Shown piece by piece: positions 1 to 10,400 of a DNA stretch of 61,197 nucleotides. The notes under the pieces are model-generated. The model ran no database searches. It worked only from the letters and a program-made list of their open reading frames with translations, and was not told the origin of the DNA. The stretch is from Gammaproteobacteria bacterium (GTDB taxonomy: Bacteria > Pseudomonadota > Gammaproteobacteria > Steroidobacterales > UBA11654), in NCBI GenBank assembly GCA_029941465.1, contig JAPYQN010000007.1, positions 972 through 62,168 of the forward strand, read 5' to 3'. The position numbers and the translations under genes are program-made. Every line of letters begins with the position of its first letter. The stretch's first letter is position 1.

Positions 1-1
1 T

Positions 2-325
2 GAGAATGAATGCAAAAATCAGAATATAGATTATAAAAAAGGAATATTCCCATGGTCAGCAAGTGGGAGAGCATTAACTATTGCAAGAAATGAAGGGCTG
101 ACAAAATTACTTTTTGACCCAAAAACTAAAAGAGTTATTGGTGGAGGAATTGTAGGAACTAACGCAGGAGATTTAATCTCAGAAATAGCTTTAGCGATAG
201 AAATGGATTGCGATGTTAGTGATATTGCTCTAACAATACATCCGCACCCAACTTTATCTGAAACAGTAGCTTTGGCAGCAGAAGTATTTGACGGTACGGT
301 GACTGACCTTTATCTGAAAAATTAA
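2..325 (+). CDS. lpdA: Dihydrolipoamide dehydrogenase, C-terminal part (truncated by window start)
   Basis: Manual translation from nt 2: ...GIFPWSASGRA...GLTKLLFD...IGGGIVGTNAGDLISEIALAIEM...TIHPHPTLSE...DLYLKN*. HPHPTLSE is the E3 dimerisation/active-site motif. Not in the ORF track. Confidence 0.93.
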   Translation, partial: ENECKNQNIDYKKGIFPWSASGRALTIARNEGLTKLLFDPKTKRVIGGGIVGTNAGDLISEIALAIEMDCDVSDIALTIHPHPTLSETVALAAEVFDGTVTDLYLKN

Positions 326-326
326 G

Positions 327-1472
327 CTATTGGTTAATTTTATTTAATTTTTTCGAACTCAAGAGATACAAAAGTATTGAAATCAGAATTACTCCTGCAC
401 AGAAGTAATTAACTAGGGCTAAATTATTCCCTTGGATCAGCGAAGCAATTACGACATGACCTATGGATATCCCTCCAAGTTGAGAGGCAGGGATTAATAC
501 AGAGTATTGACCCGTTTTATCAACATTAGCAACCATTCCCATAAGGAATGGGCCAACAAAATTCCAGGAAGTTTGAAATAAGATTGCCCTTATAGTAAAT
601 CCATACCAATCCATATCACCTTGAAAACTAATGACTATTATCATTTGTAATATTAATGCAGAGGAAATAGCCACACTTCTGTTGATTTTAGATGCCAAAG
701 CTGAGGCTGCAAGCGGACCAATAATACTTAATCCAGTGCTTAAAAATAATGCTGTACCGATTTCTTCAGCTTTAAGATTAATACTTAATCCAAAAGGCAC
801 TAGGTTATTAAAGAAGGGACCAACACCCATTTGCCAAATAACCATAATAAACAGACCTATGAGCGGAAGTATTAAAATACCTTTTGGTGTTGTTGCTGAT
901 GATTCTTGCACATTATTTTTTGCTGAATTTGTGAGTTTACTTACAAACAGTAAGGTAAGAAGGGCAATTAACATTGCCGGGACACACATTCCTGCAATGC
1001 CATACTTAGCTATTGTAACCGGAACAATAAGGGCTGTTATTGACCCCATAATCACTTGAGAAGCTACACTGTAGGCGAAATTTTTATCCGGGTTTTTTGT
1101 CCTACCAATTGCAGCAACGCCTAGAGCAAATCCAACTCCATGGCCTAATAGACCAGTTAAGAATCTAATTATTACTAAGGTCTGGAAATCTGCTATCAGG
1201 CTAGAAATCAGATTGCCAATAATAATTACCCCAAGGCCAAAATAGGCTATTTTCTGCCATTTAAATCGGCCAATCCAAAAAATTCCCATAAGAGATGAGA
1301 GCGACATGCCCGCAATTTCTGCGGAAGAGATAAGGTTAGCTTGAGATTGGGAAAAACCTAGTTCAGAAATAATACCACCTACAAAGAATGGCATACCAAA
1401 AACCATGAATACACCTGCGCAACCTACTAAGATCGCAGCAATAACTTCTGAATTTTGATCAGTTTGGTTCAC
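327..1472 (-). CDS. MFS transporter
   Basis: About 12 hydrophobic segments and the MFS motif 'IRFLTGLLG'. Likely start is GTG at 1472, overlapping the nth 3' end, rather than 1493. Confidence 0.8.
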   Translation of the reverse strand: MNQTDQNSEVIAAILVGCAGVFMVFGMPFFVGGIISELGFSQSQANLISSAEIAGMSLSSLMGIFWIGRFKWQKIAYFGLGVIIIGNLISSLIADFQTLVIIRFLTGLLGHGVGFALGVAAIGRTKNPDKNFAYSVASQVIMGSITALIVPVTIAKYGIAGMCVPAMLIALLTLLFVSKLTNSAKNNVQESSATTPKGILILPLIGLFIMVIWQMGVGPFFNNLVPFGLSINLKAEEIGTALFLSTGLSIIGPLAASALASKINRSVAISSALILQMIIVISFQGDMDWYGFTIRAILFQTSWNFVGPFLMGMVANVDKTGQYSVLIPASQLGGISIGHVVIASLIQGNNLALVNYFCAGVILISILLYLLSSKKLNKINQ

Positions 1473-2100
1473 AGGTCTTCTCCTTGAATGCACAGTGTTT
1501 AGCTATATGACATTTATAGCATAGTGGTTTTCTTGCTAAACATATATATCGACCATGCAGAATTAAATGATGATGAGCGTTCATAAGATAACTGTCAGGA
1601 ATAATGGACAGTAATCCATATTCCACTTTTATCGGGCTATCTCCTTTAGCTAACCCCGTTCTATTAGCCACTCTAAAGACATGGGTATCAACCGCAATTG
1701 TGGGTTTGGAAAAAGCCGTGTTCAGTATGACATTGGCTGTTTTTCTGCCAACACCTGGTAATTGTTCCAAAGCTTCTCGATCTTTGGGTACTCTGCCGTT
1801 ATGTTGTGTGATTAAGCGCTCACAGGTTTTTATGATATTTTTTGCTTTATTGTTATAAAGGCCAATGGTTCTAATCTCCTGTTTCAATCCAGTTAAACCT
1901 AATTGCAGGACTGCCTTTGGATTATTAGCTAATTTAAATAAATTTTTGGTGGCTTTGTTAACACTTACATCAGTTGCTTGAGCTGAGAGAATTACTGATA
2001 TGAGTAATTCAAAATTATTTTTGTATTTAAGCTCGGTTGTTGGTTTTGGGTTAATCTTTGCAAACACTTTGAAGATTTCTGTAGCGACTTTAGTGTCCAT
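1459..2100 (-). CDS. nth: Endonuclease III
   Basis: LSAQATD, HhH motif LPGVGRKTANV, AVDTHVFRV and the C-terminal 4Fe-4S motif C-x6-C-x2-C-x5-C. Confidence 0.97.
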   Translation of the reverse strand: MDTKVATEIFKVFAKINPKPTTELKYKNNFELLISVILSAQATDVSVNKATKNLFKLANNPKAVLQLGLTGLKQEIRTIGLYNNKAKNIIKTCERLITQHNGRVPKDREALEQLPGVGRKTANVILNTAFSKPTIAVDTHVFRVANRTGLAKGDSPIKVEYGLLSIIPDSYLMNAHHHLILHGRYICLARKPLCYKCHIAKHCAFKEKTCEPN

Positions 2101-2114
2101 GATCTATAGATTGT

Positions 2115-2438
2115 CTAACTTATTTTCTGACCAGGCTTAGCTCCATGATCGGGCGATAACAGGAATACACCTCCAACATCATCACCCGCAGCTAATAACA
2201 TACCTTCTGAAACACCAAATCGCATTTTCCTGGGTTTTAGATTAGCAACCACTACAATCAGGCGATCGACTAGATCCTCAGGCTTGTAAACTCCTTTGAT
2301 CCCAGCAAATATTGTTTTCTCTTCATCACCCAAATCAATGGTGAGTTTAATAAGCTTATCTGCATCGACAACGTCCTCAGCTTTAATCACTCTTGCAACT
2401 CTTAGATCTGTTTTTATAAACTCATCAAAATTTATCAT
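2115..2438 (-). CDS. Stand-alone tRNA-binding OB-fold protein (MetRS C-terminal domain / Trbp111-like)
   Basis: [14 protein letters not shown]...ADKL...[22 protein letters not shown] matches the MetRS C-terminal domain. It has its own RBS (AAGGA). Confidence 0.9.
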   Translation of the reverse strand: MINFDEFIKTDLRVARVIKAEDVVDADKLIKLTIDLGDEEKTIFAGIKGVYKPEDLVDRLIVVVANLKPRKMRFGVSEGMLLAAGDDVGGVFLLSPDHGAKPGQKIS

Positions 2439-2449
2439 TTAAGTTCCTT

Positions 2450-4090
2450 TTATTTATCTAACATTGCCTCAATAGATTCACTTGTAATTCTTGTAATTAA
2501 TGGCTTGTAATCATTGATCTCATGATTAGTTAATCGATCATGGATGTTCTGCCATTCTAGATTTTTAACGTTTAAGAATATCTCACCATTCTTAGCAATA
2601 TTCGGCATTACTGGTTTTAACATGATCATCAATTTAAAAAATAAATTGATGGCGGTGGTGCAGACTTCTAAAACATGCTCTTTCATTTTTGTATCTTTAA
2701 TCATTACCCAAGGTTTTTCTTGATCTAAATATTGATTAGCTTGGTCAGCAAGTAGCATTATTTTTCTCATAGCTTGACCGAATTCACGATTTTCATATAG
2801 TTCTGAAATCTCATCACTAGCATTCTCAAAATTCTCTAGCAATGATTCATCAATAGTTTTCCCGAGTGTATTGTCAAAATGTTGATTAATAAACTTTGAA
2901 CATCGGCTGGCTATGTTGATCCATTTACCAACAATGTCAGAATTAACTCTATTTTTAAAATCAATAGTATCAAGATCAAAGTCATCAATTCCTGAGTTGG
3001 TTTTATAAGCAAAGTAATATCTTAAATATTCAGGGTTATTATGTTCCAAATATGATCTGGCCTTAATAAAAGTTCGTCTAGATTTTGACATCTTTTCCCC
3101 ATTCACTGTCAAAAAACCATTTACAAAAATAGCATCAGGTTTTTTTAATCCAGCGCCTTCTAGCACTGCAGGCCAAAAAAGAGCATGAAAATAAATGATA
3201 TCTTTTCCTATGAAATGAACTAGACGACAATTATCATTATCAGAAAAATAATCTTCGTAGTTAATGCCTGACTCTTTTTTATTTGATAAGTTTTTCAGCG
3301 AAGCTAAGTATCCGATAGGTGCATCTAACCAAACATAAAAATATTTTTCATCTTCATCTGGAATCTTAAAGCCAAAATATGGATGATCTCTAGAAATATC
3401 CCAATCTTTTAGTCCAATTTGAAACCATTCGTTGAGTTTTGATTTAACTGAGTCATGAATTTGAATTTGATTAATCCAGTTTTCAAGGAAGGATTCAAAT
3501 TTTTTCAATTTCATAAAATAATGCTCAGATTCTTTTAGAATAGGAGCTTCACCAGATAAAACTGATTTAGGCTCAATTAAATCGGTGGGTTTATAAGTAG
3601 CACCACATTTTTCACAACTGTCTCCGTATTGATCTCCGCTTTTACATTGAGGGCAAGTTCCACGAACATAACGATCGGGTAAGAACATTTTTTCTTGCTT
3701 ATCATATGCTTGCTCAATTATTTTTTTCTCAATACAATCCGATTGCTTTAATTGTTCAAATATTTCAAGCACTAAAGCTTCATTTTCCTCTGTGTGAGTT
3801 GAGTAATAGTTATCAAACTCAATTAAGAAGTCACTAAAATCCTTTGCGTGTTGTTTTGTGTATTGCTCTGCTAATTCATCAGGCTCTACACCCAATTCTT
3901 CAGCGCTTAACATAATTGGAGCTCCATGGGCATCGCTGGCACAAACATAAACAATATTTCTTTGCTGCATTTTTTGAAATCTAACCCAAATATCAGCTTG
4001 AATATAACCCACCATGTGACCGATATGAATTGGCCCATTTGCATAAGGCAATGCATTAGTTACTAATATATTTTTGTTTGCTTCGTTCAA
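2450..4090 (-). CDS. metG: Methionine--tRNA ligase (catalytic core, no C-terminal domain)
   Basis: ALPYANGPIHIGH (HIGH), Zn knuckle CPQC...CEKC, YVWLDAPIGY and KMSKS. Confidence 0.97.
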   Translation of the reverse strand: MNEANKNILVTNALPYANGPIHIGHMVGYIQADIWVRFQKMQQRNIVYVCASDAHGAPIMLSAEELGVEPDELAEQYTKQHAKDFSDFLIEFDNYYSTHTEENEALVLEIFEQLKQSDCIEKKIIEQAYDKQEKMFLPDRYVRGTCPQCKSGDQYGDSCEKCGATYKPTDLIEPKSVLSGEAPILKESEHYFMKLKKFESFLENWINQIQIHDSVKSKLNEWFQIGLKDWDISRDHPYFGFKIPDEDEKYFYVWLDAPIGYLASLKNLSNKKESGINYEDYFSDNDNCRLVHFIGKDIIYFHALFWPAVLEGAGLKKPDAIFVNGFLTVNGEKMSKSRRTFIKARSYLEHNNPEYLRYYFAYKTNSGIDDFDLDTIDFKNRVNSDIVGKWINIASRCSKFINQHFDNTLGKTIDESLLENFENASDEISELYENREFGQAMRKIMLLADQANQYLDQEKPWVMIKDTKMKEHVLEVCTTAINLFFKLMIMLKPVMPNIAKNGEIFLNVKNLEWQNIHDRLTNHEINDYKPLITRITSESIEAMLDK

Positions 4091-4107
4091 TTATTTATCT
4101 GCTTATT

Positions 4108-6603
4108 TTAGTTTACCCGAATCATTTTCATTAGTAATACAGGCAGAAGAGTTAAATTAGCGATTAATGCAATCATCATAGCGAAGGCTGTGAATACTCC
4201 AAAGTATATTGTGGGTATAAAATTGGATAGTCCCAGGATGGAAAAACCAATAACAATAATGATCGAAGTAAAATAGATGGCTTGACCTGTACTCGCATGA
4301 GCATTATTAATGGCTTCATCTAATTTGACATTATTCTCAAGTTCCTCTCTAAAACGATGAATATAATGAATTGAATGATCCACACCAATACCAATGCATA
4401 TTGCTGCGATTGTTATGGTCATAATATCTAATGGAATATGAAGTAAGCCCATCAAACCTAGGACAGAAGTGGAAGCAATAATGCTGGGTACAATAGCAAT
4501 TAGAGAATATTTAAGTGATCTAAAAAGCACTAAAAACATCAGCGTAATTGCTAGGAAGACCACACCAATGGTTAGAATTTGTGAACGAATAAGACTCTCT
4601 AGAACATTATTATACAAGACTAGCATACCTGTTAATTTTACTTGAGACGGTTTTAAACCGATGGTTTCAATTAGATCTCTGTTAATTTTTTCTATCAGTT
4701 GATTGCGTTGTAACTCAGGGTAAGATTCAAATACTCTAAATGAAATTCTTAATTGATTACCGTCAGTAGATAGGTAAGGATCAAACAACGCTTCTCTAAC
4801 ATCATCCGGTACTTTTTTGTATAGCAAAGAGAGGAAAAAAGTATCAATCTCCTCATTGTCATTCAGTGTTTTTAGAACTTCCATTGTGGTAGAGAAGGAG
4901 ACAACTTTTCCAGCTTCTTCAAGTGATTCAAGATAGTCATGTATTGAGTCGATGGTCTTTAACCGATAAGAATTATACCAATAACTATCACCGCCTATAT
5001 CATAGGTTGAAGTTTCATCTTCAAAAAAATCTTCCTCAAAAAATTCTTCATCATCATAATCATTAATAACCACTGGTTGATTATAATCAGGGTCTGCCTC
5101 GATGATGATGTCAAGAGGAGTTGTTCCTCCCAGTTGCTTATCAATAACACTTAACCCTTGAAAAATCTCAGTGTCTTCTTTGAAGGCTTTAATAAATTGA
5201 TTCTCAGCAGTAAGTTTGGTTATCCCATAAGCGCTTACAGTGGCTATTATAAAAAATAAAAGTAAGGTCTCATTAGCTTTTGATGTAGCCACTCTAGCGA
5301 ACCCTCGAGTTATTTTTTGTGACCAATCTGATGTACTAACTGCTTGGATTTTTTTGAGATTCATCAAAGCAGTTGGAAAAAATAAAAATACCATAACAAA
5401 GATAGCACCCATACTTATCAGCATCATCCATCCAAAATCAATCACAGGCCTTATTCCAGCAACCAATAAAGAGCCAAACCCCACCATGGTGGTAATGGTG
5501 GTGTATAAACAAGGCTCCCATTTATCTCGCATTGTATTGAAAACTAACCAAGATTGCGATTGATCAGGATACAAAGCTACTAATTCTCTATATCGTACTG
5601 TTAGATGGACTGAAATAGAAAGGCTAAAGATAAGTAGTAGGGCAACGAAATTAGCAGACACAACGGTGACTGGCCAACCAACTAGACCCAGAAATCCAGT
5701 CATATTAATTAGCCCTAAAACACAACATGCCATTGAGATAAACATCCACCTTGGATTCTTGAAAATGATTAAAAGAGCAACAATCAGAAAAAGAAGAATA
5801 GCTGCACCAAAAATTTGAATGTCCTTTTGGATAAAATCAATCATATCCACAGTTATCATCGGGACACCACCCAAAAAGATGCCTGCTTTATTTTTATATT
5901 GATCCAAAACTGCACGGATTGAGGCAACCATATTCGCATTTTTATTTCTTTCTTGTTTTCTGAAATTCTTAATTTCTTTGCTGATATCATTCAATTCTTT
6001 AAGTTCAGATCCACTTAATGAGCTAGAGAGCCTTTTTAATCTTAATTCGTCTCTTTTTTCTATCATTGTTTCCAAAGTTTCATTAATTTTTAAATTCAAC
6101 AGGATAGCTGTAGTTTTCCCGTCAGCACTAATAATAAGATTTTTATAAAGAGCGCTATTAAGTAGCTCATTTTTGGCCATTTCTTTATTTGTTCCAGGCG
6201 AAAAATATGTAGGCGCTTCATCCGCTATCTCAGATAGGCTTTTAGGAGGAGATTTTAGTAAGGGTACATCAAGAATACTGACAACTGATTCAACATTTTC
6301 AATAGTTGATAATTCATCTCTAAGTTGTTTTAAATGATCAATCGTATCAGCTGAAAACAGCTCATTTTGAGGTTGATAGGTTACCACCAAGAATTCGTCA
6401 TCACCGTATCTTGCTTTAATGCTTCTGTAATAGCGAAGATCTTCATCATTTTCCAGAAGCAATGAATCGGATGAGGCATCCAACTCAAATTCATCTATGT
6501 GATTAGCAAAAAAAATTGAAATAACAAAAAGAAACGTAAACGGTAACCACGGTTTACTGATGATTTTTTTTATTCCACAATCTATGACTTCTCTCAAACG
6601 CAT
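4108..6603 (-). CDS. MMPL/RND-family exporter
   Basis: Two repeats of TM + large periplasmic loop + 5 TM, with the GIGVDHSIH motif. Confidence 0.85.
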   Translation of the reverse strand: MRLREVIDCGIKKIISKPWLPFTFLFVISIFFANHIDEFELDASSDSLLLENDEDLRYYRSIKARYGDDEFLVVTYQPQNELFSADTIDHLKQLRDELSTIENVESVVSILDVPLLKSPPKSLSEIADEAPTYFSPGTNKEMAKNELLNSALYKNLIISADGKTTAILLNLKINETLETMIEKRDELRLKRLSSSLSGSELKELNDISKEIKNFRKQERNKNANMVASIRAVLDQYKNKAGIFLGGVPMITVDMIDFIQKDIQIFGAAILLFLIVALLIIFKNPRWMFISMACCVLGLINMTGFLGLVGWPVTVVSANFVALLLIFSLSISVHLTVRYRELVALYPDQSQSWLVFNTMRDKWEPCLYTTITTMVGFGSLLVAGIRPVIDFGWMMLISMGAIFVMVFLFFPTALMNLKKIQAVSTSDWSQKITRGFARVATSKANETLLLFFIIATVSAYGITKLTAENQFIKAFKEDTEIFQGLSVIDKQLGGTTPLDIIIEADPDYNQPVVINDYDDEEFFEEDFFEDETSTYDIGGDSYWYNSYRLKTIDSIHDYLESLEEAGKVVSFSTTMEVLKTLNDNEEIDTFFLSLLYKKVPDDVREALFDPYLSTDGNQLRISFRVFESYPELQRNQLIEKINRDLIETIGLKPSQVKLTGMLVLYNNVLESLIRSQILTIGVVFLAITLMFLVLFRSLKYSLIAIVPSIIASTSVLGLMGLLHIPLDIMTITIAAICIGIGVDHSIHYIHRFREELENNVKLDEAINNAHASTGQAIYFTSIIIVIGFSILGLSNFIPTIYFGVFTAFAMMIALIANLTLLPVLLMKMIRVN

Positions 6604-6703
6604 TCAAAATTCCTAGACTTACTAGTCTCAATCAAACTTTTAGTGCATGATACTATTTACAAGGATTAGTTTAATTATTTTCTTATTCATTTCGACTAAA
6701 ACT

Positions 6704-7270
6704 ATGACAATAAAATCAGATAATTGGATCAAACGAATGGTTAAAGATCATAAAATGATTGAACCTTTCACTGAATCTCAAGTCAGAAAAGAAGCAGGTG
6801 AAGCCCTTATTTCTTATGGGACTTCAAGTTTTGGTTATGATGTTCGATGCGCAAGAGAATTCAAAATATTTACTAACATTAATTCAGCCGTTGTTGATCC
6901 TAAAGCGTTTGATGAGAATAGTTTTGTTAATTTTGAATCTGATGTTTGCATTATTCCTCCTAATTCGTTCGCTTTGGCGAGAACTATAGAGTATTTTAGG
7001 ATTCCTAGAAATGTCTTAACAATTTGTTTAGGAAAATCCACATATGCTCGTTGTGGCATTATTGTTAATGTGACACCTCTAGAACCTGAATGGGAAGGAC
7101 ACGTTACTCTAGAATTTTCTAATACCACACCACTGCCTGCAAAAATTTATGCTAATGAAGGGGTTGCTCAAATGATTTTTCTTGAATCTGATGAAAATTG
7201 TGATGAATCTTATAAGGATAGAGCAGGGAAGTATCAGGGTCAGACAGGGGTAACCTTGCCTAAAATTTAA
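6704..7270 (+). CDS. dcd: dCTP deaminase
   Basis: [30 protein letters not shown] and YANEGVAQ. Likely start is MTIKSD at 6704. Confidence 0.96.
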   Translation: MTIKSDNWIKRMVKDHKMIEPFTESQVRKEAGEALISYGTSSFGYDVRCAREFKIFTNINSAVVDPKAFDENSFVNFESDVCIIPPNSFALARTIEYFRIPRNVLTICLGKSTYARCGIIVNVTPLEPEWEGHVTLEFSNTTPLPAKIYANEGVAQMIFLESDENCDESYKDRAGKYQGQTGVTLPKI

Positions 7271-7929
7271 TTTTCTTCGATAAGTATCGGTTTATCTAAG
7301 TGATCTCCATGAAACATCACTTTATCATTCTTCATCTTTAGTTGGTCTAAGGCAAACCATTTTAAAGCTTTAGAGTAAATTTGATATTCTCCCTCTTGCA
7401 CTCTCTTTTTAAGAGTATCTGCAGTATCAGATGAATGTATTTTTATCCTGTATTGTATAACAATGGGACCTCCGTCCAATTCAGGGATAACAAAATGGAC
7501 ACTAGTCCCGTGATGAGTTTCTTTAGCTTCTAGTGCACGTTGATGTGTATTTAGACCTTTATATGCAGGTAAAAGTGATGGATGGATATTTATAATCTTA
7601 CCTCTAAAAGTCTCACAAAAGTCATCAGAGAGTATTCTCATATAGCCAGCTAAGATAATCAGATCAGGATTTTCTATTAAAACTGACTGTTTTAATTGAT
7701 CATGGTAGATGCTTTGTTCATCGTACAATTTGTAATCAATAACTTTAGTTGTGATACCTGAAGTATCAGCCTTTTCAATCCCTTTTGCCATAGGGTTATC
7801 AGAGATAACAGCATTTAAAGATATAGGAATGTTACCTGTTGCAATGTTTTCAAGAATTACTTGTAAGTTTGTTCCTGTCCCTGATAGCAAACAGACAGCT
7901 CTCATTAGAGAGTCATCAGCCAGAGTCAT
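7267..7929 (-). CDS. purN: Phosphoribosylglycinamide formyltransferase
   Basis: [25 protein letters not shown] and [11 protein letters not shown]. Confidence 0.97.
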   Translation of the reverse strand: MTLADDSLMRAVCLLSGTGTNLQVILENIATGNIPISLNAVISDNPMAKGIEKADTSGITTKVIDYKLYDEQSIYHDQLKQSVLIENPDLIILAGYMRILSDDFCETFRGKIINIHPSLLPAYKGLNTHQRALEAKETHHGTSVHFVIPELDGGPIVIQYRIKIHSSDTADTLKKRVQEGEYQIYSKALKWFALDQLKMKNDKVMFHGDHLDKPILIEEN

Positions 7930-8963
7930 AAATTTAACCTTACTTCTTTTTTTCCTGTGGTTATTTCACCGATAAGGAAAGCGTTATGACCTGTTTCAGC
8001 TAATTTATTTATCACTCTTTTTGAATCAGAATTACTTACCACTAAAACATAACCAATTCCGCAATTGAATGTTCTAAGCATTTCTTCATGATCAACGTTA
8101 CCTACTGTTTGTATCCAGTTGAAAACTTCTGGTTGTTGCCAAGCATTCAAATCAATTTCTGCATTAATATTCTCAGGTAAGATTCTTACTATATTTTCTT
8201 TAAATCCACCACCTGTTATATGTGCCATTCCATGGATCTCATATGTTTTTTGAAGGTGATTAATGGCTTTAGCATATATGGTTGTAGGTTGAATAATAGC
8301 TTCTCCAAGTGTTCGATTATCTAGCTTATCTTGTAAATTAATTGAATTGACTTCAATGATTTTCCGAATTAAAGAATACCCATTGGAATGAGGCCCAGAA
8401 GATTCAATACCAATGATTGAATCTGTGGGTTTGATATGTTGCCCATCGATAATTTTTTCATAATCAACCACGCCAACACAGAATCCAGCTAAGTCAAAAT
8501 CACCAGATTGATAAACTCCAGGCATTTCTGCAGTTTCTCCACCGATTAAAGCTATATCTGATTGAAGGCACCCTTCAGCTATACCTTTGATGATGTTAGT
8601 TGCTTCACTAACCTTGAGTTTTGATGTTGCAAAATAGTCTAAAAAAAATAGAGGCTTGGCACCTAAGGTAATTACATCGTTGACACACATGGCTACTAAA
8701 TCAATGCCAATTTGATCAAAACATGACAATTCTTTAGCGAGCATAATTTTTGTTCCTACTCCATCAGTACCCGAAACAAGAACAGGTTTTTTATAGTGAT
8801 TAATATCCAACTCATATAAAGCTCCAAATCCACCAATATTTGAAAGGACATTTTTATTTAGGGTTTGTCTGACAATTGGCTTAATGTTATCTATTAACTG
8901 GTTTGCCTCATCTATATCCACTCCAGAATCAGAGTAAGTAAGCTTTGTTTTTTTAGTCGTCAT
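7926..8963 (-). CDS. purM: Phosphoribosylformylglycinamidine cyclo-ligase
   Basis: YSDSGVDI, GTDGVGTK, GGETAEMPG, HSNGYSL and HITGGG. Confidence 0.97.
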   Translation of the reverse strand: MTTKKTKLTYSDSGVDIDEANQLIDNIKPIVRQTLNKNVLSNIGGFGALYELDINHYKKPVLVSGTDGVGTKIMLAKELSCFDQIGIDLVAMCVNDVITLGAKPLFFLDYFATSKLKVSEATNIIKGIAEGCLQSDIALIGGETAEMPGVYQSGDFDLAGFCVGVVDYEKIIDGQHIKPTDSIIGIESSGPHSNGYSLIRKIIEVNSINLQDKLDNRTLGEAIIQPTTIYAKAINHLQKTYEIHGMAHITGGGFKENIVRILPENINAEIDLNAWQQPEVFNWIQTVGNVDHEEMLRTFNCGIGYVLVVSNSDSKRVINKLAETGHNAFLIGEITTGKKEVRLNL

Positions 8964-9068
8964 TACTGTTTTTTTTGGTTGTAATGGTTTGTCAGGACTA
9001 TAATTATTAGAAACTGTATATTAACATCAACAACTTAATTATTCTTTTAGTTATTCGAGCAACTTTTG

Positions 9069-9638
9069 ATGAAGATTAGATTTAAACTGTCATACATACC
9101 TAATGCAATCTGCATTCTAAGAATAGTTATTGTTATTCCAATTATTATTGCTCTATGGAATAAGCAACATCTCAATGCTCTTGTGCTAATTGCTATTGCT
9201 GGATTGTCTGATTTTCTAGATGGGTTTCTTGCTAAAACTTACAATTGGAGGACCAACTTAGGTGCTACCCTTGATCCAGCTGCTGATAAAGTACTCTTGG
9301 TCTCCTTATTTGTTACCTTATATCTCATGGGCCTTATTCCCTATTGGCTGACTGCTGTGGTGATCATCAGAGATGTGATGATTTTATTTGGCTTATTTCT
9401 ATATAATTACTTTGTAGAAAGACCAAAGCCAGAACCTTCTTTCATAAGTAAGCTCAACACTTTTATACAGATCTTTTTTGTACTATTCATTATTGCCAGT
9501 CAAATTATTATTCAGCCATTCCAATTCTTATCAATTCTCATGGGCTCAATAGTTTTTTTGACATCGGTTTTAAGCGGTTTAGATTATTGGATAACTTGGT
9601 CTAAAAAGGCAAAATTCATACTGACTCAATCGGGATAA
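9069..9638 (+). CDS. CDP-alcohol phosphatidyltransferase family protein
   Basis: Motif SDFLDGFLAK...LGATLDPAADK (DxxDGxxAR..GxxxDxxxD) in a hydrophobic protein. Confidence 0.88.
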   Translation: MKIRFKLSYIPNAICILRIVIVIPIIIALWNKQHLNALVLIAIAGLSDFLDGFLAKTYNWRTNLGATLDPAADKVLLVSLFVTLYLMGLIPYWLTAVVIIRDVMILFGLFLYNYFVERPKPEPSFISKLNTFIQIFFVLFIIASQIIIQPFQFLSILMGSIVFLTSVLSGLDYWITWSKKAKFILTQSG

Positions 9639-9641
9639 AAA

Positions 9642-10322
9642 GTGCATCAAATACCTTTGCCTGTCTCCATATCAGAATACATGACTTTTGAGACTTTTTA
9701 TTCAAGCTCAAATAAAGTGGTCATTGATTCTATTAAAGATGATAAAAATAAACTACTTTGGATTGCTGGACTCAAAGGTTCAGGAAAAACTCATATTCTA
9801 CAGGCAACTCTTAATTACATGGACGACGGGATTAATCGACTGCTTTATTTACCAATGAGAGAGTCAAAAGATTTTACTCCAGATATATTAGATAATTTAG
9901 ATCAGTTTGATTTGGTTGCAATTGATGATATTGAAAATGTTATAGGGGATTTTTCTTGGGAAGAGCAACTTTTGATTTTATATGAAGAATTGATTCACAC
10001 AAAAAGCAGGATCCTTATTTCTTCAAGCGACACTCCACAAGGGTTGAGCTTTAAATTACCTGATTTGGCTTCAAGATTCAGTTTAGGGTTAGTTGATCGA
10101 CTGAAGCCAATGAATGAAGAGCAAATGATTGAAGCCATTTCATTGCATGCAAAAGTTAGAGGTTTTAATTTACCTCAAGATGTAGCTAAATACCTAATTT
10201 CTAGGGTACCCAGAGATGTATCAGTGTTGGTTGATATTATTAAACTGCTTGATTATGAGTCATTATCTAAACAAAGAAAATTAACCATACCCTTTATTAA
10301 AACAGTTTTAGATATTAAATAA
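9642..10322 (+). CDS. hda: DnaA regulatory inactivator Hda
   Basis: N-terminal clamp-binding QIPLP, Walker A GSGKTH, IDDI and LPDLASRF. Typical location near purM. Confidence 0.92.
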   Translation: MHQIPLPVSISEYMTFETFYSSSNKVVIDSIKDDKNKLLWIAGLKGSGKTHILQATLNYMDDGINRLLYLPMRESKDFTPDILDNLDQFDLVAIDDIENVIGDFSWEEQLLILYEELIHTKSRILISSSDTPQGLSFKLPDLASRFSLGLVDRLKPMNEEQMIEAISLHAKVRGFNLPQDVAKYLISRVPRDVSVLVDIIKLLDYESLSKQRKLTIPFIKTVLDIK

Positions 10323-10342
10323 CCCTCTTATCTAATGATTGC

Positions 10343-10371
10343 TTGACCTATGAGGGTTAGACTGATATTTT
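10343..10371 (+). promoter_or_regulatory. Putative sigma70 promoter for the DUF4398-like gene
   Basis: TTGACC-N17-TATTTT about 30 nt upstream of ATG 10401. It overlaps an inverted repeat. Confidence 0.35.
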
Positions 10372-10400
10372 TTTTATTATAAACTTTTTTTAATTATTTT

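Noticed and set aside
6647-6703. N-terminal hydrophobic extension on Dcd (and similar extensions on VOC, purB, fumC and the dehalogenase)
   Set aside because: Artefacts of longest-ORF calling. Downstream starts match the family N-termini or RBS positions better.
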